Shown in pieces: positions 49,766-58,745 of a stretch of 64,000 nt of DNA. The DNA is from Candidatus Heimdallarchaeum aukensis. Its GTDB lineage: Archaea; Asgardarchaeota; Heimdallarchaeia; Heimdallarchaeales; Heimdallarchaeaceae. The stretch is taken from the NCBI GenBank assembly GCA_021513695.1, contig CP084166.1, positions 2,112,001-2,176,000 on the forward strand, written 5' to 3'. The notes under the pieces were generated by a model that made no database searches, was not told where the DNA came from, and saw nothing but the letters and a program-made list of their open reading frames with translations. Within the stretch, counting starts at the first letter, position 1. Each line of letters starts with the position of its first letter. The translations under genes and the position numbers were made by a program.

Positions 49766-50437
49766 ATGAATGTTTCAGAACAAGGTTCTAAACTAGATAT
49801 TATCATTACTAAATTAAAAGACCACTTAGATCAGTCCTTCTGGTTAGGAAAAGGAACACGCAATTCTTTTAAGAAAAGTATAAAAAATCTTCTTGAAGAA
49901 GGAGTTTTAACTAAAGCAGAATATAGTTATATTCAGAAAAATGAACGCAGAGTTTTAACTAAAGCCCAACTTATTCACATCATTCCAGAAATCCAGCAGA
50001 AAGATATACTAGAAAATACAATTCGAAATCTTTCTCGAGTTATTGTTAAGAAAAAAAGTAGCTCAATAGATGTTTCTGAAGAAAATGTAAAGCAAAACTT
50101 ACAAAACGAAGTGCGCAATTATATGAAAGATATCTTTGAAGAAAAATTTGAGACAATTTCTGATGAATTTGATAATGTAATATCAATAATTCTAAATAGT
50201 GTAGATGTTAGTTTGGAACTCGAAAAACTTTCTAATCGACTAATTTCGATAAGAGATTCATTGTTAGAAAAAGGATACAGCAGAATGCTGATCTATGATA
50301 TTGACAGACTTGCAGCAAGAATGCTAAGCCTGTCTAAAAAGAGTAATCCTGGAGAAATGCCTTCACGAGAAGAGCTAGCTGATCACATTAAACAATTATA
50401 CTACAGCTACAAAATGTCGTCTAAGGACCGCCTTTAA
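49766..50437 (+). CDS. hypothetical alpha-helical protein
   Basis: This 223-aa ORF has no recognisable catalytic motif. Confidence 0.35.
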   Translation: MNVSEQGSKLDIIITKLKDHLDQSFWLGKGTRNSFKKSIKNLLEEGVLTKAEYSYIQKNERRVLTKAQLIHIIPEIQQKDILENTIRNLSRVIVKKKSSSIDVSEENVKQNLQNEVRNYMKDIFEEKFETISDEFDNVISIILNSVDVSLELEKLSNRLISIRDSLLEKGYSRMLIYDIDRLAARMLSLSKKSNPGEMPSREELADHIKQLYYSYKMSSKDRL

Positions 50438-50695
50438 TTAATAATACCATTTTTTATTGATTAATTTGTTTTATCTGTAATAGCTGTTTATTTACTCTTA
50501 AAATGAGTTAATTTCGAGTATATATTGGGGATATTTCTTTTTCTGATTATATTTTTGACTTATAGAGTCAAATTTGTAACGTGCAATGAAAAAAAGATTT
50601 AAATAAAAATAAAAAATAGTTAAAATAGTTTTGAGTGATTTTACTCGAAAATTAAGATTCTAATTGTTTCTTGACATATAAAAAAGGTTATTCAA

Positions 50696-52606
50696 TTGAG
50701 TTACAAGGAAGTACTAGATGAAATATCTGAAAGCATTAAGAAAGAGTTACCACCAAAATCTGGAGTGACTACAATAGAATTTGAAGGGCCAGAAGTAGCT
50801 GTTTACAGTAAAAATCCTCAGATTCTAGTTGAGGATGAGACCTTAGTTAGAAAACTGGCAAAAAAACTTAGAAAAAGAATAGTTATTAGGTCTGACCCAA
50901 AAGTTCGACTCCCAAAGGATGAAGCTACATATTATGTCCAGAATTTGATTGGTGAAGAGAGCAACATCACGACTATAGATTTCGATGATAGCCTAGGAGA
51001 AATAATAATAGAAGCGGACAAACCCGGTGTGATAATCGGTAAGTCTGGTGAAACTTTAAGAAAAATTATTTCTGAAACATTTTGGAGACCAAGAGTCCAA
51101 CGTACTCCTCCTATTGAATCAAAAGTAATTAAAACGATTCGGCATGTGCTACAAGAAGACGCAAAACGAAGACAAGAAATTCTACGCATGATAGGAAAAA
51201 GGATTCATCGTCCTCTTATTTATCGTAATGATACCATACGCGTTACTGGTTTAGGCGGATTTGGTGAAGTAGGAAGAAGTTCGGCGTTGGTACAAACTGG
51301 CGAATCAAGAGTGTTAGTTGATTGTGGAATTAGTGTTGGAGCTCAAACTCCTCAAAATACTTTTCCCAGATTCGATTTTCCTGAATTTGATATTGAAGAA
51401 CTGGATGCAGTTGTTGTTTCTCATGCACATTTAGATCATTCTGGATTTGTTCCCTACCTGTTCAAGTATGGTTATAAGGGACCTGTATATGCTACTAAAC
51501 CCACACGTGACTTGATGACAATGTTGCAAATAGATTACCTAGATGTTGCATCAAAAGAAGGAAAACTTCAACCATATTCTCAAAAAGAGATTAGAGAAAC
51601 TGTTCTTCATACAATTGTTTTAGACTTTAACGAGGTTACTGACATCGCACCAGATCTAAGATTAACATTTTATCATGCTGGCCATATTGTAGGAAGCGCT
51701 ATTCCTCATCTTCACGTAGGCGAAGGGTTGTACAATATAGCTTTCGCTCAAGACATAAAATACGCACGCTCAAGACTATTAGATCCTGCTACAGTGCGCT
51801 TTCCGAGATTAGAGACTCTATTTATTGAGTCTACATATGGAAACCCAAATGATACTTTACCAAGTCGTGCAGAAAGTGAAAAGCAATTAGAAGATGTAAT
51901 AGTTGAGACTGTTAAACGTGGTGGAAAAATCCTTATTCCCGTTCTAGCTGTAGGTAGAGCGCAGGAAATACTATTAGTACTTGAAGAAATGATGAGAACA
52001 GAAAAGATACCCTTGATCCCAGTTTATACCGATGGAATGATACGAGAGGCTACAGCTATTGTTTCTGCTCACCCAGAAGCACTTTCAAAATCTGTTCGTG
52101 ATAGAATTTTCCATGATGGTGAAAACCCATTTTTGGCTGAGCAGTTTAATCATGTCTCTTCACAAGAAGAAAGAGAACGAATAGTGTTAGGTGATCCTGC
52201 AATAATTCTAGCAACAAGCGGAATGCTAAATGGTGGACCAAGTGTCTACTACTTTAAAGAACTTTGTGAAGACGAGAAAAACGCTTTAGTGTTTGTAAGT
52301 TACCAAGGTAAAGGAACTCTAGGTAGTAGAATACAAAAAGGTATTACTGAGGTACAAATGTTTGAAGATGGGAAAACAATTATGTATCACATCATGATGC
52401 AAGTACACAGTATTTCAGGTTTTACAGGGCATAGCGATAGAAGAGAACTAGAAAATTATATCCGTAAAGTGACACCTAAACCTGAACGATATGTTATGAT
52501 ACATGGAGAATCAACAAAAGTGGTCAAATTAGCTTCATGGGCATACAAAACTGTGAGAAAAAATTGTCTTTCACCATCAAATGGAACAACTATTAGATTA
52601 CATTAA
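50696..52606 (+). CDS. archaeal CPSF1-type beta-CASP ribonuclease (aCPSF1/FttA) with N-terminal KH domains
   Basis: Metallo-beta-lactamase 'VSHAHLDHSG' is followed by beta-CASP motifs, two N-terminal KH-like modules are present, and the size (636 aa) matches aCPSF1. Confidence 0.85.
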   Translation: MSYKEVLDEISESIKKELPPKSGVTTIEFEGPEVAVYSKNPQILVEDETLVRKLAKKLRKRIVIRSDPKVRLPKDEATYYVQNLIGEESNITTIDFDDSLGEIIIEADKPGVIIGKSGETLRKIISETFWRPRVQRTPPIESKVIKTIRHVLQEDAKRRQEILRMIGKRIHRPLIYRNDTIRVTGLGGFGEVGRSSALVQTGESRVLVDCGISVGAQTPQNTFPRFDFPEFDIEELDAVVVSHAHLDHSGFVPYLFKYGYKGPVYATKPTRDLMTMLQIDYLDVASKEGKLQPYSQKEIRETVLHTIVLDFNEVTDIAPDLRLTFYHAGHIVGSAIPHLHVGEGLYNIAFAQDIKYARSRLLDPATVRFPRLETLFIESTYGNPNDTLPSRAESEKQLEDVIVETVKRGGKILIPVLAVGRAQEILLVLEEMMRTEKIPLIPVYTDGMIREATAIVSAHPEALSKSVRDRIFHDGENPFLAEQFNHVSSQEERERIVLGDPAIILATSGMLNGGPSVYYFKELCEDEKNALVFVSYQGKGTLGSRIQKGITEVQMFEDGKTIMYHIMMQVHSISGFTGHSDRRELENYIRKVTPKPERYVMIHGESTKVVKLASWAYKTVRKNCLSPSNGTTIRLH

Positions 52607-52620
52607 TCTTTGATACTCTT

Positions 52621-53202
52621 TTATTTTTCAAAACGTAAATACCAACCTAAATCAAAAGGGCGATTTTTATACCCCTTAATTATTACGGTGTTGGGTGGTG
52701 CTGAAGATAATTCGTTAGAACCAACTAGAGCTTTTCCCACGCCATAAAATAGTTCTGAATCTTTTTTTCCTTTTCCATAAACTGCAAGCCAATTCCCTTT
52801 TTTAAAAGGTAATGTGTATTCCTTAACATTTGCAACAACAATATCTTTTCCATATAGAAACTGTTGTGTTTTTACAATTATCCTTTTCTCCATATATTTT
52901 TTGAAATAAAACCCCCCAGTAACCTCGAGTTGAAATTGTTTTTCGTGTATAGTTCCAATGGGATAACCAGCTAGAAAAATATTTTTAGTCAAATCTAATG
53001 AACTATTGCGAATAAACTCTATTGTATCTTTTAATTCTTCATTAACAATGTAAACTTCTTTTACTCCTCTCTGTTTTATGAAAATTGATTTGTCATTCAT
53101 TATTTCCATTACTTTTGTACCAAATTCTTTCAATAAAAATGACACAACAATTTGTTCTTCTTCCCTGCTTGCCTTTATAAATAGAGTCTCAGTTTTAACC
53201 AC
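52621..53202 (-). CDS. Nip7-like protein with C-terminal PUA-like domain (tentative)
   Basis: The N-terminal 'SREEEQIVVSFLLKEFG' resembles Nip7 'TEEETKVVFEKLIPYIG'. The C-terminal Gly-rich 'GNWLAVYGKGKK...FYGVGKA' is PUA-like. It overlaps the start of the adjacent NSUN gene. Confidence 0.4.
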   Translation of the reverse strand: MVKTETLFIKASREEEQIVVSFLLKEFGTKVMEIMNDKSIFIKQRGVKEVYIVNEELKDTIEFIRNSSLDLTKNIFLAGYPIGTIHEKQFQLEVTGGFYFKKYMEKRIIVKTQQFLYGKDIVVANVKEYTLPFKKGNWLAVYGKGKKDSELFYGVGKALVGSNELSSAPPNTVIIKGYKNRPFDLGWYLRFEK

Positions 53203-54187
53203 TTTCTTTCACCATCTTAGCAATAAAAAAACCTTCGCCGTTAGTTTTATGAGGATATAATCTTACTGCTTTCTTTAGTTCGGGAGAAAACGAATAATTT
53301 GCGAATTTAGTGACTCCTCTTTCAAAGGAAAACAGAATGTCAACCAATTTTATGTCATTGTCTTTTAGAACTCTATCGATTACTAATTCATTTTCTTCTG
53401 GTTCTAACGAACAAGTGCAATAAACTATAGTTCCTCCTTCCTTAAGAGTTTGAATAGCTGTATCTAGGAGTTCTGTTTGTAATTTTGAGTATCTTGCTAA
53501 ATCTTCTTCTTTTTTTGAAGTTTTTCTTGAGGGGTCATTAATAATTACTCCAGAGCCAGAACATGGGGCATCTAATAAAATTTTATCAAATTTGATTTTT
53601 GATTTAACTATATCTCTTGCATCGGTGTTTATTACAATAGTGTTTTGTACTCCCATGCGAATAATATTTGAATAGAGAGCTGTGCATCTTCTTTTACTTC
53701 GTTCTATAGATATAATCTTTCCTTTGTTTTTCATCAATTGGGCAATGTGAGTTGTTTTTCCTCCTGGGGCAGCAGCAAAATCTCCGATAATTTCGTGAGG
53801 CTTAGGATCTAAAATGAGAGGGGGAAACATTGAATTTTTTCCTTGGACCATATAATACCCATTGAGATATTCAATCGTAGCTCCAATTGAGATTGGAGAG
53901 TGAACTATCTCCCGTGCTTCTGGAATTTCTCTTATTCTTTTAAAAACAATTTTTTTTTGAAGAAGTAGAAATTCAATTTCAGAGAATTGTGCCTTTAAAT
54001 TGTTTAGCCTAATTACAGTTTTTAATTTCTTCTCATTAAATTTTAGAAGTTCGATAGTTTCTTTTTCACCAATAAGTTCTACAAAACGCTGGATCATGTA
54101 AGGTAAATAACCTAGTTTATTTCCAAGATCATAAACATCTGTGTAACTGACTTCATCCAGCATTAAAAAATAAATAAATAAACGCAA
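53195..54187 (-). CDS. RNA cytosine-C5 methyltransferase of the NOL1/NOP2/Sun (RsmB) family
   Basis: SAM motif 'DFAAAPGGKT', motif IV 'DAPCSGSG' and motif VI 'YCTCS' supply both catalytic cysteines. Confidence 0.85.
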   Translation of the reverse strand: MRLFIYFLMLDEVSYTDVYDLGNKLGYLPYMIQRFVELIGEKETIELLKFNEKKLKTVIRLNNLKAQFSEIEFLLLQKKIVFKRIREIPEAREIVHSPISIGATIEYLNGYYMVQGKNSMFPPLILDPKPHEIIGDFAAAPGGKTTHIAQLMKNKGKIISIERSKRRCTALYSNIIRMGVQNTIVINTDARDIVKSKIKFDKILLDAPCSGSGVIINDPSRKTSKKEEDLARYSKLQTELLDTAIQTLKEGGTIVYCTCSLEPEENELVIDRVLKDNDIKLVDILFSFERGVTKFANYSFSPELKKAVRLYPHKTNGEGFFIAKMVKESG

Positions 54188-54250
54188 TAATAAGTTTTTG
54201 ACTATTAGATAATTGGAAGAAGGTATTGGAAAACAAAGAGAATAAAAATT

Positions 54251-55168
54251 TTATTCAGTTGTTAACCTCTTTGCTCTTCTAATTTCTGTAATTGCATCAA
54301 TTGCTTCAAATCTAACTCGTTCATCAGGGTCTTTTGTTGAAATTATAATTAGCTTATTAATAGCTTCTTCTGCCTTTAACTCTCTTAGTATATCTATTGA
54401 TTCCATTTTTATTTTTGGGTTATTATCATCTAAACATTTTAAACAACATTCAATTATTTGTTCTCTATTCTCAGCTTTAACTGCAACTATTTTATTCAAT
54501 TCTTGAAGTGCACTCAATTTTACTTCCCAGTTTTTGTCATAAGTTTGTTTTACTAGCAATGGTACTGCACTCCCTATTAATCTAAAAGTAATAAATCTTG
54601 TAGCAACATCTCGAATAAATGGGTTTGTGTGTTTAAGAAAAGATATGACCAACTCTTCAGAGATTTTATCACTTAGCTTCAAACCTAGTAAAACTCTTTC
54701 TGCCTTGTTTTTCACTGCCTCATTTTCATCTGAAAGAGCTTCAAAAAGAGGTTTTATAATCTGTATACTGTCAAAAGAAGCTAATGCTTTTACTGCCTCA
54801 TATCTTACCTTATCACTTTGATCAAGGATTCTTTTTGCAATGTGTTCAATAGCTTGCTCGTCTTTTAGTAGTGCTAAACTTCTTAAAGCAGAAACTCTTA
54901 CTTCATAGGAAAGATCATGAAGAGAATCAATTAAAGGAAAAAGAGCTTTTTTACTACCCATTTTCCCTAACATTTCTGCTGCATAAGCTCTAATTTCTTG
55001 CTTATCATCAGATAAAGCCCCAAGAAGTGCCTGAATACTTTCTTCTACTTCAGGTTTTTCAGCTAATTGCTCAATTGCTAACAAACGAAGAGCTAAAATT
55101 TGATTTTTATCTTTTAATGTGTTAATTAGTTTTGTTACATTATCATTATTCATGCTCATTAATAACAA
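54251..55168 (-). CDS. HEAT-repeat (PBS-lyase-like) protein
   Basis: It has at least eight tandem repeats of the 'VRxxAaxALGxIG...AIxxLIxLLxD' type. Confidence 0.6.
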   Translation of the reverse strand: MLLMSMNNDNVTKLINTLKDKNQILALRLLAIEQLAEKPEVEESIQALLGALSDDKQEIRAYAAEMLGKMGSKKALFPLIDSLHDLSYEVRVSALRSLALLKDEQAIEHIAKRILDQSDKVRYEAVKALASFDSIQIIKPLFEALSDENEAVKNKAERVLLGLKLSDKISEELVISFLKHTNPFIRDVATRFITFRLIGSAVPLLVKQTYDKNWEVKLSALQELNKIVAVKAENREQIIECCLKCLDDNNPKIKMESIDILRELKAEEAINKLIIISTKDPDERVRFEAIDAITEIRRAKRLTTE

Positions 55169-55247
55169 TCTCGTTTTATTTTTATAATTCTTTTCTAGGA
55201 AAATTACGTTTTTAAAGGGATAAATTGTTTATCTCACTGAAGCGAGA

Positions 55248-56279
55248 ATGACAGAAACAGTTTGCGCATATCTGTTAGGTGGAGAACCTTATACGAGACA
55301 AGAACTAGCTAAAAGATTAGGTAAAAAAGGAACGTCAAGTGATATATGTCTGTACAACTATTCAAAGGATTTTACTCTACAAATAGTTGACCCTATTCGT
55401 TATCCAGACAAACCATTAACTCTCTTTGAAACAATCTTTATGACTGATGTTCCTATAGTCATTATTCCACCAGAAGGACCTGATATTCATACTGGTGAGT
55501 TCTTACTTTTGTTATCAGCACTTGATTTTAGAAATGGAATTTTTGTTATTGTAAGTGAAAACCAGTATGTTGACATAGATGAAATTGAGAAAAAAGTGCA
55601 CAAAATAACTAAAGGACTAGCTGTGGACAGATACTCCTTCCTTCATGTTGATTTATCGAAAGGAGAAACTATACAGGAACTCAGGTCTTTGATAAAAGAA
55701 AAAGCTACTCAAGTTCCTGATTTCAAATGGGGTGATGAAAATCATTCTCGTGTAGATGTGGATCATGTTTTTCCAGTAACTGGAATAGGAACAGTAATAC
55801 TTGGACGAGTGAGATCGGGAGAAGTAGAAAAAGGAAACCAAATACATGTTTTTCCTTCAAATCGTACTTCCGTGGTTAGGTCAATTCAAATTAATGATGT
55901 AGATGTAAAAAAAGCAGTAACTGGAGATAGAGTGGGATTAGCACTTCGAGGTTTATTACCTAAGGATGTAGAAAGAGGATATGTACTCTCTAAAAATGTT
56001 AGTTGGAATATCTCCCGGGATGTTGAAGTTAGTCTTGAACTGACGCCCTATTCTAAATTACCTGAAGTAGGAAAGACTAGACATATAATTTCAGGATTAC
56101 AAGCTATAAGCTCAAAAGTAAAAAGATGTGAGAAAGAATCTAATGATTCAGAGAATACATATGAACTAACTCTAGAATTAGAAAAGCCAATTGTATATTT
56201 TCATACTGAGCCAGCAATATTGGTAGATTTAAATGGTCGTCCAAAAATAATTGGAAAATGTTCCTTTAAGGTAAAATAA
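55248..56279 (+). CDS. EF-Tu/SelB/aIF2-gamma-like protein with degenerate G domain (putative pseudo-GTPase) and intact beta-barrel domain 2
   Basis: Domain 2 is present: 'FPVTGIGTVILGRVRSGEVEKGNQIHVFP...GDRVGLALRG...ERGYVL'. The N-terminal region lacks GxxxxGK(S/T), and only weak remnants of DxxG and NKxD are seen ('VDPIRY', 'SENQYVD'). Confidence 0.55.
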   Translation: MTETVCAYLLGGEPYTRQELAKRLGKKGTSSDICLYNYSKDFTLQIVDPIRYPDKPLTLFETIFMTDVPIVIIPPEGPDIHTGEFLLLLSALDFRNGIFVIVSENQYVDIDEIEKKVHKITKGLAVDRYSFLHVDLSKGETIQELRSLIKEKATQVPDFKWGDENHSRVDVDHVFPVTGIGTVILGRVRSGEVEKGNQIHVFPSNRTSVVRSIQINDVDVKKAVTGDRVGLALRGLLPKDVERGYVLSKNVSWNISRDVEVSLELTPYSKLPEVGKTRHIISGLQAISSKVKRCEKESNDSENTYELTLELEKPIVYFHTEPAILVDLNGRPKIIGKCSFKVK

Positions 56280-56282
56280 GAG

Positions 56283-57173
56283 CTAGAGTTTTAGCTCTTC
56301 AATTCTTATTTGAACGGGTTCATTCTCAAGTTTAACATCGTCAGCTAATAATAGTTCATGTACATAATAAACCGTCCCTTCAACAGTAGTGTTAGGTCCT
56401 AATTTGACAGTAACAGCCTTGACATCTTTATTTACATATGTGTCTTCGATTTCTACTGTCTTTTTAGCAAAAATAGTTCCTTCAATGGTAGATAGCTCTC
56501 GACGTTTAAATAATCTTATCTCCATAACTCCTCTCCTCCCCTTTATGTATACGTTTTCTCCTACAATATTACCCAAGATTTCTGCTTTTCCTGATAGTGT
56601 TATGTCTTTTTTTGATAATATATTTCCTTGGACTTCAATAGAACCAGATAATTGCACACCTTCGTCTGCTTGAACATTATCTTCAACAAGTATAGAACCA
56701 GAACCTACTAATTGTCCAGATAGTAGTGCATTACCCCCAATTTTTGCAGAACCACTAAATTTAGCTCCTTTGTCACAGTGAAGAAAACCATCTACTTTAA
56801 ATGAACCTGAACATTTTACAAAACCATGCGCAGTTATATTTCCGCTGGCCTTTATTGCTCCTGCACATTTTATCGAATTACACTCGATATCACCATCAAT
56901 TTTACTAGCCCCTGAAATTCGAATATCTCGAAGAATTTTTCCGCCAGAAATCTTGGAAGAACCAGCTATTGACAAATCTTTATCAGTTAACATTTGTGAT
57001 CCAGAAACTTTAATGTCTATTTTTGAAGAAGGATCCTTTAATGCCTTTTCTAGACGTTTTTCATATCTTTCTTTTAGTTTTTTATAACTTTCCTCGTCAA
57101 TTTCTCCAGATTTATACCTCTTTTCTAGAAGTTCTAACAACTCCTTTGTCAGTACAATTTCGTTTTTTGACAT
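56283..57173 (-). CDS. SHOCT-domain + bactofilin-like (beta-helical polymer-forming) protein
   Basis: The N-terminal 'LLELLEKRYKSGEIDEESYKKLKERY' is a SHOCT-like motif. The central region has long runs of G/S-punctuated beta-helix repeats ('ISGASKIDGDIECNSIKCAGAIKASGNITAHGFVKCSGSFKVDGFLHCDKGAKFSGSAKIGGNALLSG') typical of bactofilin (DUF583). Confidence 0.55.
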   Translation of the reverse strand: MSKNEIVLTKELLELLEKRYKSGEIDEESYKKLKERYEKRLEKALKDPSSKIDIKVSGSQMLTDKDLSIAGSSKISGGKILRDIRISGASKIDGDIECNSIKCAGAIKASGNITAHGFVKCSGSFKVDGFLHCDKGAKFSGSAKIGGNALLSGQLVGSGSILVEDNVQADEGVQLSGSIEVQGNILSKKDITLSGKAEILGNIVGENVYIKGRRGVMEIRLFKRRELSTIEGTIFAKKTVEIEDTYVNKDVKAVTVKLGPNTTVEGTVYYVHELLLADDVKLENEPVQIRIEELKL

Positions 57174-57370
57174 ACCTTATTTCACTAAGTTAGTAATTAA
57201 ATTGTAATATAAAACAATTCTTTAAATTCCTAATCTCAACAGATAAAATATTAAGTTGAAAGCATAAACTCTTTGGTTTAATATTCTCTATTTATACCTT
57301 TTTTATATGTACAATAAAGAAAAGATGATAAAAGAACATCTTTTCATCCAAGAATATTTTTAAACATGAT

Positions 57371-57823
57371 TTGCACTGTTTATTTAGAATGGAAACTCCA
57401 AATTTAGAAGAAACCAAACTTTTAGATACAATTTTTTCTATTTTCAAAGATATAACTAGGCGTAAAATACTCTCAATGTTATTGGAAATCAACAGAACTG
57501 CAGATGAAATAACAAAAGAATTAGGTATTAGCAGACCTGCAGTTGAAAAGCATCTTAAAATGATGCTTGATATAGGTTTGATAGAACGAAGAGCAGAGAC
57601 TTATCCAACAATGAAGTATTTTTATTCAATTCCAGAACCAGGCAAAGAGTTAATCTCCAATCTTTATGATGATATTGAAACCTTTGTTAGCTCTATGAGA
57701 GATGAATATAGTCGACGATTAGATCAAGAAGAACAAAAATTCATTTTAGGGATGTCAAACAAAGAACGTTATGAGGCTGTGAAAGCTGCACATGAGAAAA
57801 TACTAAAAAAGTATATGTTTTAA
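57371..57823 (+). CDS. ArsR-family winged-helix transcriptional regulator
   Basis: The HTH is indicated by 'RRKILSMLLEINRTADEITKELGISRPAVEKHLKMMLDIGLIERR'. Confidence 0.6.
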   Translation: MHCLFRMETPNLEETKLLDTIFSIFKDITRRKILSMLLEINRTADEITKELGISRPAVEKHLKMMLDIGLIERRAETYPTMKYFYSIPEPGKELISNLYDDIETFVSSMRDEYSRRLDQEEQKFILGMSNKERYEAVKAAHEKILKKYMF

Positions 57824-57870
57824 TAAATTTTTAATAAATATCACAATTTTTAGTTATAAAGTGGTGTATT

Positions 57871-58731
57871 ATGTTAGATAAAAAGGAAAAAAGAATATTT
57901 TTGAAACTGCAAAAAGATGAAGCAACAGCAAATGTAATTTACACTAAAATATCAATGAAAGAGAAGGATAACCATAATAAAGAAATTTTAAAGAAAATAG
58001 CTGGAGAAGAAAAAAAACATTATGAAATATTAAAAAGTTATACAAAGACTGATATTCACCCAAATCGTTTTATTATTTTTGTATATTCATTAATTTCAAT
58101 AATATTTGGCATCACATTTCTTGTCAAACTTTTAGAAAGAGGGGAGGATAAAGCGCAAGAAAATTATAGGTTATATTATGAAAAGTATCCACCTATTCAG
58201 TCTATTATTGAAGATGAAGAAAATCACGAAGTGGAACTAATTTCAATGATTAATGAAGAAAGATTAAATTATATTGGATCAATTGTACTAGGGTTAAACG
58301 ATGCTTTAGTCGAATTAACAGGTGCTCTAGCAGGATTTACATTTGCAATACAAACAGGTGAACTAATTGCTTTAACAGGACTAATAACAGGTATCTCTGC
58401 TGCACTATCGATGGGTGCATCAGAATATTTGTCAAGTAAAACAGAAGGAGACGTAAATGCAAAAAAATCTGCAGTATATACTGGTTTTACATATTTGATT
58501 ACGGTTTTTCTGCTAATAATTCCGTTTTTTCTCTTGCAAAATCAGTTCATAAGTCTTGCAATAACACTCTCCGTAGCGATCTTGATTATTGCTGTATTTA
58601 ATTATTACATTTCCGTAACAAATGACGAGAAGTTTATCAAAAAGTTTCTGGAAATGGCTGTAATAAGCTTAGGTGTAGCACTAATCTCATTTGGAATCGG
58701 ATATCTTATTGATAAATTTATTTTAAGCTAA
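57871..58731 (+). CDS. VIT1/CCC1-family iron transporter with N-terminal ferritin/rubrerythrin-like domain
   Basis: The ferritin-like domain is shown by 'EEKKHYEIL' and 'EDEENHEVEL', and the membrane domain by 'LNDALVELTGALAGFT'. Confidence 0.7.
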   Translation: MLDKKEKRIFLKLQKDEATANVIYTKISMKEKDNHNKEILKKIAGEEKKHYEILKSYTKTDIHPNRFIIFVYSLISIIFGITFLVKLLERGEDKAQENYRLYYEKYPPIQSIIEDEENHEVELISMINEERLNYIGSIVLGLNDALVELTGALAGFTFAIQTGELIALTGLITGISAALSMGASEYLSSKTEGDVNAKKSAVYTGFTYLITVFLLIIPFFLLQNQFISLAITLSVAILIIAVFNYYISVTNDEKFIKKFLEMAVISLGVALISFGIGYLIDKFILS

Positions 58732-58745
58732 AAAAAGAAAAAAAA

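Noticed and set aside
49766-50437. ESCRT-III (Snf7-like) assignment for the 223-aa helical protein
   Set aside because: The charge distribution is only vaguely similar. There is no recognisable N-terminal basic helical hairpin or MIM motif, and no Vps4 or other ESCRT genes are nearby.
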